Shown here: positions 1 to 9,286 of the stretch, in pieces
Layout: every line of letters begins with the position of its first letter
Position numbering within the stretch: position 1 is the first letter of the stretch
IMG/VR virus record: IMGVR_UViG_3300043414_000270
Location: 1-24,295 of that record
DNA: 24,295 nt
Reading direction: 5' to 3' (one strand)
Origin: a virus
Taxonomy: Duplodnaviria > Caudoviricetes
Notes under the pieces: generated by a model
Databases searched by the model: none
Told to the model about the DNA's origin: nothing
Seen by the model: the letters and a program-made list of their open reading frames with translations, nothing else
Position numbers and translations under genes: made by a program

Positions 1-61
1 ATGAATCAAACAAAGTAGGCAAAGCCTACGATGCAAACACTAATAGTTTTAAGGGGTAAAC

Positions 62-760
62 ATGACTGCCATCGTAGGTATTCAGGGAAAAGGCTGGGCA
101 GTAATAGCAGCAGATTCCATGACTACTTATGATGACAAACCGTACTATGCCAAAGGTATGGACAAAGCAATACGCAAGGGTGACTATGTGTTTGCCTTTG
201 CAGGAGATGCCATTGCTGGCAACATAGCAGAGTTTCTATGGACTCCGCCAAAGATTATTAAGACTATGCAACTTGATGCTTTTATGCAGGTCAAAGTGCT
301 TCCATCATTGCGAGATGCAATGAAAGAACATGGTTACGAGCCAGATGTAATTAAAGACCCCAACTCTGGCTTTGATGCGCTTATGTGTTTAAACGGCGTT
401 ATTTATGAAATTGACGAGGAGTACATGTGGTCACGAGATGACCGTGGACTTTACTCAGTAGGCAGTGGTGGGCAGTTAGCACTAGGTGCACTAGCCACTG
501 GCTTTAGTAAAAACTCAACAAAGGCAGCAGAGTTTGCTGCTCGTAGGGCAATCAAGATTTCCGCTGATTACTGTATTGGTGTTGGCGGAGATATAAAAGT
601 AATCACACAAAGGGGAAACACAATGGCTGCAAAGAAAAAGATTTCACCAGCAATGAAAAAGAAGGCTTATGCAATGGCTGAAAAGGCTGAACCAAAAAGT
701 GCAAAGGCTAAAGAAATGAAGGCTGGCATGGCAATGATGATGAAGAAAAAGGGTAAGTAA
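62..760 (+). CDS. HslV/proteasome beta-subunit-like Ntn-hydrolase (Thr protease) with in-frame basic C-terminal tail
   Basis: Starts M-T-AIVG...IAADS with Thr exposed after Met removal; has AGDA and GSGG..ALGAL motifs typical of proteasome-beta/HslV; RBS AAGGGG upstream. Confidence 0.8.
   Translation: MTAIVGIQGKGWAVIAADSMTTYDDKPYYAKGMDKAIRKGDYVFAFAGDAIAGNIAEFLWTPPKIIKTMQLDAFMQVKVLPSLRDAMKEHGYEPDVIKDPNSGFDALMCLNGVIYEIDEEYMWSRDDRGLYSVGSGGQLALGALATGFSKNSTKAAEFAARRAIKISADYCIGVGGDIKVITQRGNTMAAKKKISPAMKKKAYAMAEKAEPKSAKAKEMKAGMAMMMKKKGK
623..760 (+). CDS. Small Lys/Ala/Met-rich protein nested in-frame in the 3' end of the protease ORF (45 aa)
   Basis: AAGGGGAAACACA-ATG at 610-625; composition switches abruptly to MAAKKKISPAMKKK...KKKGK. 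Confidence 0.5.
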   Translation: MAAKKKISPAMKKKAYAMAEKAEPKSAKAKEMKAGMAMMMKKKGK

Positions 761-762
761 TC

Positions 763-888
763 ATGTGTACAACATGTGGATGCGGAAGTGCAGTTGTTAA
801 TCAAGACGACAACTATGGAACAATTAACCCTTATGGCATCGGCGGGCGTGATGTTAATACTCCGCCAGTCACTCTTGGCGACAAGTAA
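763..888 (+). CDS. 41-aa Cys-motif peptide (MCTTCGCGSAVVNQDDNYGTINPYGIGGRDVNTPPVTLGDK)
   Basis: Manual translation; fills the gap between flanking genes (starts 2 nt after the upstream stop, ends 9 nt before the next start); CxxCGC motif. Confidence 0.7.
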   Translation: MCTTCGCGSAVVNQDDNYGTINPYGIGGRDVNTPPVTLGDK

Positions 889-897
889 GGAAAACAA

Positions 898-1155
898 ATG
901 TCAGACCCTAGACTAAAACGAGCAGGAGTGTCGGGCTTTAATAAGCCTAAGCGCACACCAAGTCATCCAACAAAGTCACATGTAGTTGTGGCTAAGTCTG
1001 GTGAGCAGGTTAAAACTATTCGTTTTGGTCAGCAGGGTGTAAGTGGAGATAAAACTCCAACAGCAAGACAAAAATCATTTAAGGCTCGCCACGCAACAAA
1101 CATTGCTAAAGGCAAAATGAGCGCAGCATATTGGGCAGATAAGGTGAAATGGTAA
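898..1155 (+). CDS. Small basic phage protein (hypothetical)
   Basis: 85 aa, K/R-rich; RBS AAGGA; ends SAAYWADKVKW. Confidence 0.8.
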   Translation: MSDPRLKRAGVSGFNKPKRTPSHPTKSHVVVAKSGEQVKTIRFGQQGVSGDKTPTARQKSFKARHATNIAKGKMSAAYWADKVKW

Positions 1156-1316
1156 TGGCTAAAAAAGAAGTATGGGATAGACCAAACCCTAAGAAAAAAT
1201 CTACACCACTTTCACCCGCTGCTAAAGCATCAGCCAAGGCTGCTGCAAAAAAGGCTGGTAGAAAATATCCTAATCTTGTGGATAACATGAGAGCAGCACA
1301 GAAGAAAGGCAAGTAA
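1155..1316 (+). CDS. Small basic protein, 53 aa (MAKKEVWDRPNPKKKSTPLSPAAKASAKAAAKKAGRKYPNLVDNMRAAQKKGK)
   Basis: Manual translation; TAATG stop/start overlap with the upstream gene. Confidence 0.75.
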   Translation: MAKKEVWDRPNPKKKSTPLSPAAKASAKAAAKKAGRKYPNLVDNMRAAQKKGK

Positions 1317-1318
1317 CT

Positions 1319-1594
1319 ATGGCTACAGGTTATGAAGGTTCAACACTCGTTGCTGAATTAAATCGGCTTGCCAATGCTGGCACATATCCAGCACGCACTC
1401 TTTTTCTTGAGGCACAAGGAGCAGCAAATAAATATGCTGGCACCACAGGTCTAGGCATTTTGGCTGCTCTTAATTACAAGGTTAGTTCAACTCGTACACG
1501 AGATAAATACAAAGATTTAAATGCCGTATGCAATGAACTTGCTGGAACCACGGGCAAGTCAGCCGTATCAGCCTTAAGGAGCATTAACCTGTGA
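1319..1594 (+). CDS. Hypothetical virion-associated protein
   Basis: 91-aa ORF tightly packed in the structural operon; GTGA overlap with the next gene. Confidence 0.7.
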   Translation: MATGYEGSTLVAELNRLANAGTYPARTLFLEAQGAANKYAGTTGLGILAALNYKVSSTRTRDKYKDLNAVCNELAGTTGKSAVSALRSINL

Positions 1595-2508
1595 GCACCC
1601 TTGAACAAATTACTGACCGTGTGGATACACTCCTTCACGGCTACAGCCTTAACATGGAATCAACTACATGGTTAACTGGTGCTGTAACAACTACAACCCA
1701 GACAACCATTTCTGTAAATGATGCCAATGTTGTAAGCCGTGGCTTTATTCAAATTGAAGATGAGATTATGTATGTTAACTCTACTAGCAACATTGACAAT
1801 ACTCTTACCCTTGCACCATGGGGTCGTGGACAGCGTGGCACTATTGCAGCAACACACACAAACTCATCTAAAATTATTGTAGCCCCACTATTTCCACGCT
1901 ATGAAATTAAGCGTGCTATTAACGACACACTCAATGCAATGTACCCAAGCGTATTTGCTATTGGTCAATACCAGTTTTCATACATTGCTGCTCGTACAAC
2001 TTATGATATTCCAGATGCAGTACAAAATGTATTGGCTGTAAGCCATCAAGTAATTGGTCCATCTAAAGAGTGGCTACCAGTTCGCGCTTGGCAACTAGAC
2101 CGTACAGCAAACCCAACAGCCTTTGGCGATGGCACAAACTTTGGACACTCACTTGGTATCTACTCACCAGTAGTACCTGGTCGTACTGTCAATGTGGCTT
2201 ACTCAAAGCGCCCAACCATATTTGATTTAACTACAGCAACAAGTCAAGAATACTCAACAATAACTGGCATGCCTGACTACTCAGAAGATGTAGTGGTTTA
2301 TGGCGCAGCCTTTCGTATGATTTCTTTCCTAGACCCATCACGCCTTGGTGCGCTCTCTGCAGAAGCAGATGTGCTTGATAACCAGCGTGGAGCACGAAGT
2401 GGTGAAAACGCAGCACGCTTCTTGTTCAATGTTTACAACACTCGTTTAAACGAAGTGGCGGAGAACCAACGCCGTCAATTCCCAATTCGTTCACACTACC
2501 AGAGATAA
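1591..2508 (+). CDS. Putative head-tail adaptor / tail tubular protein
   Basis: 305-aa ORF with GTG start immediately upstream of the tail fibre; function inferred from position and size only. Confidence 0.5.
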   Translation: MSTLEQITDRVDTLLHGYSLNMESTTWLTGAVTTTTQTTISVNDANVVSRGFIQIEDEIMYVNSTSNIDNTLTLAPWGRGQRGTIAATHTNSSKIIVAPLFPRYEIKRAINDTLNAMYPSVFAIGQYQFSYIAARTTYDIPDAVQNVLAVSHQVIGPSKEWLPVRAWQLDRTANPTAFGDGTNFGHSLGIYSPVVPGRTVNVAYSKRPTIFDLTTATSQEYSTITGMPDYSEDVVVYGAAFRMISFLDPSRLGALSAEADVLDNQRGARSGENAARFLFNVYNTRLNEVAENQRRQFPIRSHYQR

Positions 2509-2517
2509 GGCACCCCC

Positions 2518-4713
2518 ATGGCAGCAGGCGACCCAGGTACACTCAAGCGGAACTTCTCCGCTACCGCAATAGAAACAACGCTAGTCAATGCAATGACATC
2601 GGCAGCAACTGGCGATACAACCCCAAGCGTTTCTGTTGTATCCGTCAGCGGTTTTCCATCAACCGTTCCTTACACACTTATTCTTGGACCAGATACTAAT
2701 AAAGAAGAAGTAGTTACAGTAACCGCTGCATCATCTACTACTCTTACTATTACTCGTGGACAAGACAACACACAGGCTGTTGCCCACGCTGCTGGTACAT
2801 CTGTACGCCATGGTGTTTCTGCTCGTGATTTTAAAGAAGAACAAACTCATCAAGCAGCCCGTGGCTATGATGCTGATACCGCTATTCTTTCTAATGCTGG
2901 TCTAACACATGTTCACGGACTTGTATCAGGCGATGGTTCAGTAGTTGGTGCAGACCAATCAGTTACACTTACTCGCAAGACTCTTACAACTCCAACCATT
3001 AACGGTGCTACCCTTACAGGTACAGTAACCTCAACAGCATCTATTGTTGTTAGCGGTGCTGGAACAATTACTGGTCTTTCATCTGCTGGTATGGTTGCCT
3101 CATCTGCAGCACCTAAGAATTATGTAGATTCAATCCTTGGCTCAGCAACCTCTGCTGGTATCTCGGCAGCCTCTGCTGCAGTAAGCGCTACATCTGCAGC
3201 CACATCAGCCTCTAGTGCTTTGACAAGCCAAACTGCTGCTGCAACAAGCGCAACCAGTGCTGCAACTAGCGCATCTTCTGCTTTAACATCACAGACTGCT
3301 GCTGCAACTAGCGCTACCAGCGCTGCTGCTTCGGCAACGGCTGCTGCTACCAGCGCAACAAGTGCTGCTGCTAGTGCTACCGCTGCTGCTACTTCGGCTA
3401 CATCCGCTGCTGCCAGTGCAACTACTGCTGCTGCATCTGTTGCAACTATTGCAGGTTATTCAACATCTGCTGCTAACTCAGCATCTGCTGCTGCAACATC
3501 AGCCACAAGTGCTGCTGCATCAGCAACCGCTGCTGCAACATCTGCAACTTCTGCTGCTGCCTCTGCTACTACAGCATCTAACTCTGCTGGTACAGCAACT
3601 ACACAGGCTGGCAATGCATCTGCTTCTGCTACTGCTGCAGCAACCTCAGCAACTAGTGCTGCTGCTTCTGCTACCGCAGCAGCAACTTCTGCTACAAGCG
3701 CTGCTACCTCTGCTTCATCTGCTCTTACAAGCCAGACTGCAGCAGCAACAAGTGCTACATCGGCTGCAACTAGTGCATCAGATGCTGCTACAACTTATGA
3801 CAACTTTGATGACCGCTACCTTGGTAGCAAGGCATCTGCGCCCGCATCAGATAACGATGGCAATGCACTTCTTGTAGGTGCTATTTATTGGAACTCAACA
3901 CTTAACAATATGTATGTGTGGTCAGGTACTGCATGGGTACAGATTGCAAGTTCAAGCGTTTACTCAGCACCTACCCTTGGTAGCCAGGTTATTGCATCTG
4001 GAACTACATACACAAATATAGATGGCTTAACTCTTAACTCAACTACTATTCCAAATAGCAAAACTTTGGCTGATACCAACTCAACTCAGACTTTATCTAA
4101 TAAAACATTAGATGCAGCCCTTACTTTGGCAGACCCAACAGTTGCATTAGGTGTTGCTACCAAACAATATGTAGATGCAGTAGTTGGAAACACTAATTAC
4201 CATGCACCAGTTGTTGCAGCAACATTTGTTAACATTAGTTCTACATACAATAATGGTACATCTGGTGTTGGAGCAACGCTTACTGCTACATCAAATGGAG
4301 TAATTGGAACTGTTGATGGTGTGACATTATCTGTCACTAATAGAATTCTTGTTAAAGCACAAACTACTCAAACACAAAATGGTATTTATACCGTCACAAG
4401 CGTGGGTAGTGCTGGCACACCATGGGTAATAACTCGTGCTACAGATGCAGACAATAACCCTGCTGGTGAAATGGCTAATGGCGATGTTGTATTTTGCCTT
4501 GGTGGAACCACACAGGCTGGCAAAACATTTATTAACGCAAGTACAAATCCAATTACTATTGGAACCACCAACATTGTTTACAGCGAATACACAACAGCAT
4601 TGCCATCACAAACTGGCAACTCAGGTAAATACCTGACAACCGATGGAACAACTCCTTCTTGGGGTGCTGCATCTGGTGAAACCTTCAATCCACTTCTACT
4701 GATGGGAGCCTAA
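2518..4713 (+). CDS. Tail fibre protein with long Ala/Ser/Thr repeat stalk
   Basis: 731 aa; SATSAAA repeats, ATKQYVD motif, RILVKAQTTQTQNGIY domain and LPSQTGNSGKYLTTDGT motif, all typical of tail fibres. Confidence 0.8.
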   Translation: MAAGDPGTLKRNFSATAIETTLVNAMTSAATGDTTPSVSVVSVSGFPSTVPYTLILGPDTNKEEVVTVTAASSTTLTITRGQDNTQAVAHAAGTSVRHGVSARDFKEEQTHQAARGYDADTAILSNAGLTHVHGLVSGDGSVVGADQSVTLTRKTLTTPTINGATLTGTVTSTASIVVSGAGTITGLSSAGMVASSAAPKNYVDSILGSATSAGISAASAAVSATSAATSASSALTSQTAAATSATSAATSASSALTSQTAAATSATSAAASATAAATSATSAAASATAAATSATSAAASATTAAASVATIAGYSTSAANSASAAATSATSAAASATAAATSATSAAASATTASNSAGTATTQAGNASASATAAATSATSAAASATAAATSATSAATSASSALTSQTAAATSATSAATSASDAATTYDNFDDRYLGSKASAPASDNDGNALLVGAIYWNSTLNNMYVWSGTAWVQIASSSVYSAPTLGSQVIASGTTYTNIDGLTLNSTTIPNSKTLADTNSTQTLSNKTLDAALTLADPTVALGVATKQYVDAVVGNTNYHAPVVAATFVNISSTYNNGTSGVGATLTATSNGVIGTVDGVTLSVTNRILVKAQTTQTQNGIYTVTSVGSAGTPWVITRATDADNNPAGEMANGDVVFCLGGTTQAGKTFINASTNPITIGTTNIVYSEYTTALPSQTGNSGKYLTTDGTTPSWGAASGETFNPLLLMGA
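3140..3790 (+). repeat. Coding tandem repeat with 7/14-aa period (AAATSATSAAASAT)
   Basis: Protein-level repeat with synonymously diverged codons (GCT/GCA/ACT/TCT-rich); boundaries approximate. Confidence 0.85.
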
Positions 4714-4714
4714 C

Positions 4715-5044
4715 TTGGCTACAACTTACAAGGTGCTAGGTCAAGTAGTTCCTAGCGCTAACACACTGACAACAGCATACACAGTACCTTCGGCAACGCA
4801 GACTGTTGTATCAACTATTACTGTTTGTAATCTTGGTGGTGCTCCAACAACTTACAAGATTGCTATTCGCCCAAGCGGAGCAGCCATTGATAATAAGCAT
4901 TACATTGCTTTTAGCGCTGGAGTAGCACCGCAAGACACAATTACCCTAACGCTAGGAGTTACTCTTGCCACAACAGATGTTGTGACAGTGGAATCAGTTA
5001 CTGGACTCGTAGCATTTAATCTATTCGGAAGCGAGATTGCATAA
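4715..5044 (+). CDS. Small tail-fibre-associated beta-rich protein
   Basis: TTG start after GGGAG; YTVP..T.TVVSTITVCN pattern resembles 6664..6966. Confidence 0.7.
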   Translation: MATTYKVLGQVVPSANTLTTAYTVPSATQTVVSTITVCNLGGAPTTYKIAIRPSGAAIDNKHYIAFSAGVAPQDTITLTLGVTLATTDVVTVESVTGLVAFNLFGSEIA

Positions 5045-5045
5045 C

Positions 5046-5939
5046 ATGGCATCAGGTAATATCAACTCAAGCAAAAGAAACTACGCACTGCCAACGCCTC
5101 CTACGGCTTCAACAGTAACTACAAGCGCAGTAACAGTAGCCACTACAGTTTCAGTTACGCCATCAACAATAGGTCCATTGGCAACTGGTTATATTTTTAC
5201 CTCTGCAACTACTGGCGCTGGAGTAACATCTACTATTACAACTACTGCAGCCTCATCTCCAATTACAACTGCAGTATTTACTAATTTAAGTTCAAGTCAA
5301 CCATACACATTTGTTGTTAGACCAGTTGACGAAACTGGTCAAGGTCCAACTACATACACAACAGCATCTACAGTTTCACCTAATTTGTATACAGCATCTA
5401 CAAGTTATACAGCAGCATCAACTACTACTGTAACTATTCCACAATTTGCTACTCTTATGTCAGCAATTGTTGTTGGCGGCGGTGGCGCAGGTGCTGCTGG
5501 CGCAGGCGCTGCTGGTGGTAAAGGTGGTGGTGCTACTATATTTAAAGATTATGCAGTAACTGGTGGGTCAACTTGTCAAGTAGTTGTTGGCGCTGCTAGC
5601 GCACTTAGCAAAATTACTGTTGGTGCAACCATTATTGCCCAAGCAAATGGTGGTACTACAAATGTGTATGGTAGTGGTACATCCAATGTTGCTGGTGCAA
5701 CAAACTCTAATACTGGTGCTCAATTAGTTCCATATTCATTAACAAATGTAAGCATTACGCAAAGTCACAGCGGTGCTGGTGGTACTGGTGGAGATACTTA
5801 CGCAGGTTATGTTGCTAATACTGGCGCTGCTTTTGGTTTTGGCGGAGGCGGTCAAGGATTTAACAGTGACAACGGTGGACCTGCAGAAGGTGGCATAGGT
5901 GCTGGTGGTACTGGTGGAGTCGCACTATTCTTTAGATAA
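5046..5939 (+). CDS. Tail/receptor-binding protein with FN3-like region and Gly-rich domain
   Basis: ATG at 5046; FTNLSSSQPYTFVVRPV is FN3-like; IVVGGGGAG Gly-rich repeats. Confidence 0.65.
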   Translation: MASGNINSSKRNYALPTPPTASTVTTSAVTVATTVSVTPSTIGPLATGYIFTSATTGAGVTSTITTTAASSPITTAVFTNLSSSQPYTFVVRPVDETGQGPTTYTTASTVSPNLYTASTSYTAASTTTVTIPQFATLMSAIVVGGGGAGAAGAGAAGGKGGGATIFKDYAVTGGSTCQVVVGAASALSKITVGATIIAQANGGTTNVYGSGTSNVAGATNSNTGAQLVPYSLTNVSITQSHSGAGGTGGDTYAGYVANTGAAFGFGGGGQGFNSDNGGPAEGGIGAGGTGGVALFFR

Positions 5940-5977
5940 ATAAATGGTAATATGTTGCTCAAATTAAGGGGTGATAT

Positions 5978-6664
5978 ATGAAAGAGATAACATTTACAAA
6001 TAGGTATGGTTTTGATTTTTTCTCTCCGCAACCAGCGGTAAAGGTAATACCAGAGTGGTATAAAAAACAAAGCGAATATACCACTGGTGAAAAAAAAGTA
6101 TCGTTAGATAATTCAACACCTGCTACTGTAAAAAAATGTATGCCAGTATTTGATGCACTTACATCTGGCTATATTTTATTCACACCAGTAGATGTGTATG
6201 TATCCCAAAAAGATGGCATGCCTTATTACCAATGGTCATCTCAAGATGCTATTTCTTTTCATCCAGTTGCACAAGCAGATAATCACCCTGCTAAAAATGG
6301 GTTTCCTTATCCCAAATGGATGAACCCATGGGCAATTAAAACATCAAAAGGTTATTCAACTTTATTTATTTCACCTATGCACAATCCAAACAATATGTTT
6401 ACTGTGCTTGAAGGTGTAGTAGATACTGACACATACACCGAAATAGTTAATTTTCCATTTGTTCTTAAAGACCCGTTGTGGGAAGGCATGATTCCAGCGG
6501 GTACGCCAATGGTCCAAGTCATACCGTTTAAACGGGAAGCATGGAAAATGAAAATTGGTGGAGAAAAAGAACTAAAAGAAAACGCAAAAGTAGGAGCAAA
6601 GTTACACACTTTGTTTTTTAATAAATATAAAACATACTTCTGGTCCAGAAAGGAATACAAATAA
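5978..6664 (+). CDS. Hypothetical protein (possible beta-barrel/cupin-like, AT-rich accessory gene)
   Basis: 228 aa; RBS AAGGGG; TVKKCMPVFDA...GVVDTD...GTPMVQVIPFKRE; lower GC than neighbours. Confidence 0.7.
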   Translation: MKEITFTNRYGFDFFSPQPAVKVIPEWYKKQSEYTTGEKKVSLDNSTPATVKKCMPVFDALTSGYILFTPVDVYVSQKDGMPYYQWSSQDAISFHPVAQADNHPAKNGFPYPKWMNPWAIKTSKGYSTLFISPMHNPNNMFTVLEGVVDTDTYTEIVNFPFVLKDPLWEGMIPAGTPMVQVIPFKREAWKMKIGGEKELKENAKVGAKLHTLFFNKYKTYFWSRKEYK

Positions 6665-6966
6665 TGGCTGATGCCACGTTTACACTATACAGAGGAGCAC
6701 CAGGAACCTCTAGCATAAACCTTTACACATCCCCAGTGGGCATGTCAACAAAGGTTTCTAACATTGCTATCACAAATACAGCAGGTACTGCTGGTACTGC
6801 GACAATAGCATTAGGTGGAATTAACTTATGCAGTGCTCTTTCTATTGCAGCAAACAGCACAACATATCTTGTGCCTGAGCAAATCGTTTACAACGGAGAA
6901 GCAATAACTGGCTTAGGTTCTACAGGGTCAATTAACTTCCACATCGCTGGAGTAGAAATTTACTAA
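6664..6966 (+). CDS. Small tail-associated protein, paralogue-like of 4715..5044
   Basis: LYTSP..MSTKVSNIAITN; C-terminal FHIAGVEI compared with FNLFGSEI. Confidence 0.7.
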   Translation: MADATFTLYRGAPGTSSINLYTSPVGMSTKVSNIAITNTAGTAGTATIALGGINLCSALSIAANSTTYLVPEQIVYNGEAITGLGSTGSINFHIAGVEIY

Positions 6967-6983
6967 TACAGTAAATATATTTT

Positions 6984-7012
6984 TACCCCTTGAGCATGGG
7001 TATAAACTGCTC
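6984..7012 (+). ncRNA. Putative intergenic H-type RNA pseudoknot
   Basis: TACCC(6984-88)/GGGTA(6998-7002) interleaved with GAGCA(6992-96)/TGCTC(7008-12), followed by a T-rich tract. Confidence 0.35.
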
Positions 7013-7045
7013 CTATTTTTATGTCTTAATACTTAAGGAGATACA

Positions 7046-9076
7046 GTGGCTAGTCGTTCACCAGATATATCCGAGCGCACGATAATTGATTTATCTGGTC
7101 GCCTATCTACATACTACGATTTAAACGGTAACGCATTTGATGTGGCTATTGGTGGCTTGCCATTTATCATGGCGGTAACAGACAACACACCATACAAACG
7201 ACAGACTGCAGAGTTTCGTGCTCAGCGTGTAGACCAGATGCGTGACCCAGGTGAACACACACTTGCTGGTTCAGGTTACTGGACACGCAGCCAATCTTCT
7301 TGGCACTATGGTGAGGGTGTTCAATTCACTGAGCCTATGGAAGGCAACGACAACGAAGTTCGCTTTCGCTTCCGTGACTCCTACGGTGTAGATGTATGGA
7401 CTCCAGGACAAATTAACTTACTTAAAAAGACCACACTTGTTCAGGCTTTTAGCGGTGCTTGCAAGATAGATACAGGCGCTGATACCTCTGGTGTTGCCTT
7501 CCTTGTTGCAACAGATATGGCACCACGCGTTGCGCAAACCAATGCAATCTATAAAATTACAAGCGCTGGTACATCTACCGCCCTTGTCACCTTTGCTTCT
7601 ATTAGCAATGAAACAATCCTTGGCACTACATCTGATGGTACATACTTGTATGTGGCTACCACTGCTGGTATCTACGATGTTAAATTATCTGATGGAACAA
7701 TACATAAACATTATGCTTACAATGCTTTAACAGCAGACCATGTAGTTCTTAAGTATGTTAAAAGCCGTATTGTTGCTGCATTTAAATTTACCGATGGAAC
7801 ATACGCAGCCTATCAACTTACATTTTTAAATAAAGGTGCTGGTGCTGTAGTTGATATAAAATCAACAATGAACGCTGCCAGTGGAACTATTATTAACGGC
7901 TCAACAATCATGCCAACACTATGGACATGGACTGCAATAACCGAAGGTTCTAATGCTATCTACTTAGGTGGCTATGCTGGTGAGCACTCTAGTATTTTTA
8001 AATTAGCAGTAGATAATACTGGCGCTTTAGGAACTATTGTTACTGCTGCCGTAATGCCACGCGGTGAAATAGTATTATCTCTTTACACATACCTTGGCAC
8101 ATACCTTATGCTTGGCACAAGCAAGGGTGCACGCATTGCAACACTAGACCAAAACGGTGACATGAACTATGGACCATTGGTGTTTCACAATGAGAACGGT
8201 GTCTATGATTTTGAAGGGCGCGACTCATACATCTGGGCTGGCAATACCAACGGAGTAAATACCAGTTCAGGTACTACACGCATTAACCTTGGTCAACCAC
8301 TTACCCTCATTGGCTATGCTCAACCTATATCTACGGGTGTATATGCCCGTGCAACAGATGTCTTTGCAGATGGTATTACTGGCGCAGTAAAAGCAATTCG
8401 TATTCTTGGTGCTGGTAACCAAGTTGCTTTTGCAATCTCTGGCTCTGGCATTTGGTTACAACATGCAACAGACTTAGTTACATCAGGACAAATCCGCACT
8501 GGTCGTATTCGTTATGACACCATGGAAAACAAAGCATGGAAGCGTATCCGTATCCGTACCACTGATGACTTAGCAGGCGGAGATATTGAAGTCTATAAGA
8601 TTGGTCCGACATCGGACACCGTTGTGACTACACTTTATGAAGGCACTAGCACCACTGCTGATATTGATTTAAATGATGCTTACCCAGAAGCAGGACCTGA
8701 TGCATCGTTTAAACTTACCCTTACTCGTAACACTACTGATGCAACCACTGGTCCTGTAGTAGTGGGCATTGCTGTTAAGGCTTTGCCAACGCCTACTCGT
8801 GCACGCATCTTGCAAATCCCACTCTTTTGTTTTGACAAAGAAACAGACAAAACAGGACAAATCATTGGCTATGAAGGTTACTCAAAGGAACGCCTTAGTG
8901 CACTAGAAACTATTGAAGCCATGGGAGAAACAGTTATTCTCCAAGATTTCAACGCTGGTGGTGACCCATTTGAAGTTATCATTGACCAAGTTACTTTCAC
9001 TCGTTCCACTCCATCAAACCGTAACTACACAGGCTTTGGTGGCATCATACAAATCATAGCAAGAACGGTTGTTTAA
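7046..9076 (+). CDS. Large tail protein (beta-propeller-like, possible nozzle/tubular protein B)
   Basis: 676 aa, beta-rich; RBS AAGGAG and GTG start; function inferred from position. Confidence 0.55.
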   Translation: MASRSPDISERTIIDLSGRLSTYYDLNGNAFDVAIGGLPFIMAVTDNTPYKRQTAEFRAQRVDQMRDPGEHTLAGSGYWTRSQSSWHYGEGVQFTEPMEGNDNEVRFRFRDSYGVDVWTPGQINLLKKTTLVQAFSGACKIDTGADTSGVAFLVATDMAPRVAQTNAIYKITSAGTSTALVTFASISNETILGTTSDGTYLYVATTAGIYDVKLSDGTIHKHYAYNALTADHVVLKYVKSRIVAAFKFTDGTYAAYQLTFLNKGAGAVVDIKSTMNAASGTIINGSTIMPTLWTWTAITEGSNAIYLGGYAGEHSSIFKLAVDNTGALGTIVTAAVMPRGEIVLSLYTYLGTYLMLGTSKGARIATLDQNGDMNYGPLVFHNENGVYDFEGRDSYIWAGNTNGVNTSSGTTRINLGQPLTLIGYAQPISTGVYARATDVFADGITGAVKAIRILGAGNQVAFAISGSGIWLQHATDLVTSGQIRTGRIRYDTMENKAWKRIRIRTTDDLAGGDIEVYKIGPTSDTVVTTLYEGTSTTADIDLNDAYPEAGPDASFKLTLTRNTTDATTGPVVVGIAVKALPTPTRARILQIPLFCFDKETDKTGQIIGYEGYSKERLSALETIEAMGETVILQDFNAGGDPFEVIIDQVTFTRSTPSNRNYTGFGGIIQIIARTVV

Positions 9077-9078
9077 AC

Positions 9079-9273
9079 ATGACACCATCCGATTGGGCTG
9101 CATTAGCAGTTTCCATTTTTACTATTGTCGCTGGCTTTACAGCAGCAGTGCGCTGGCTTGTTAAGCATTACCTTAGCGAACTCCGCCCCAATTCTGGCTC
9201 AAGCCTCCGTGACTCCGTTGACAGACTAGAGGAGCGCGTAGACCGCATCTACGAAATGTTATTAAATAAATAA
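9079..9273 (+). CDS. Small membrane protein (holin/antiholin-like)
   Basis: One N-terminal TM helix followed by coiled-coil SSLRDSVDRLEERVD; first gene of the lysis region. Confidence 0.6.
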   Translation: MTPSDWAALAVSIFTIVAGFTAAVRWLVKHYLSELRPNSGSSLRDSVDRLEERVDRIYEMLLNK

Positions 9274-9286
9274 TTGAAAGGTTAAA

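Noticed and set aside
3362-3877. Leu/Gln-rich 171-aa ORF
   Set aside because: Frame-shifted shadow of the Ala/Ser/Thr tail-fibre repeat
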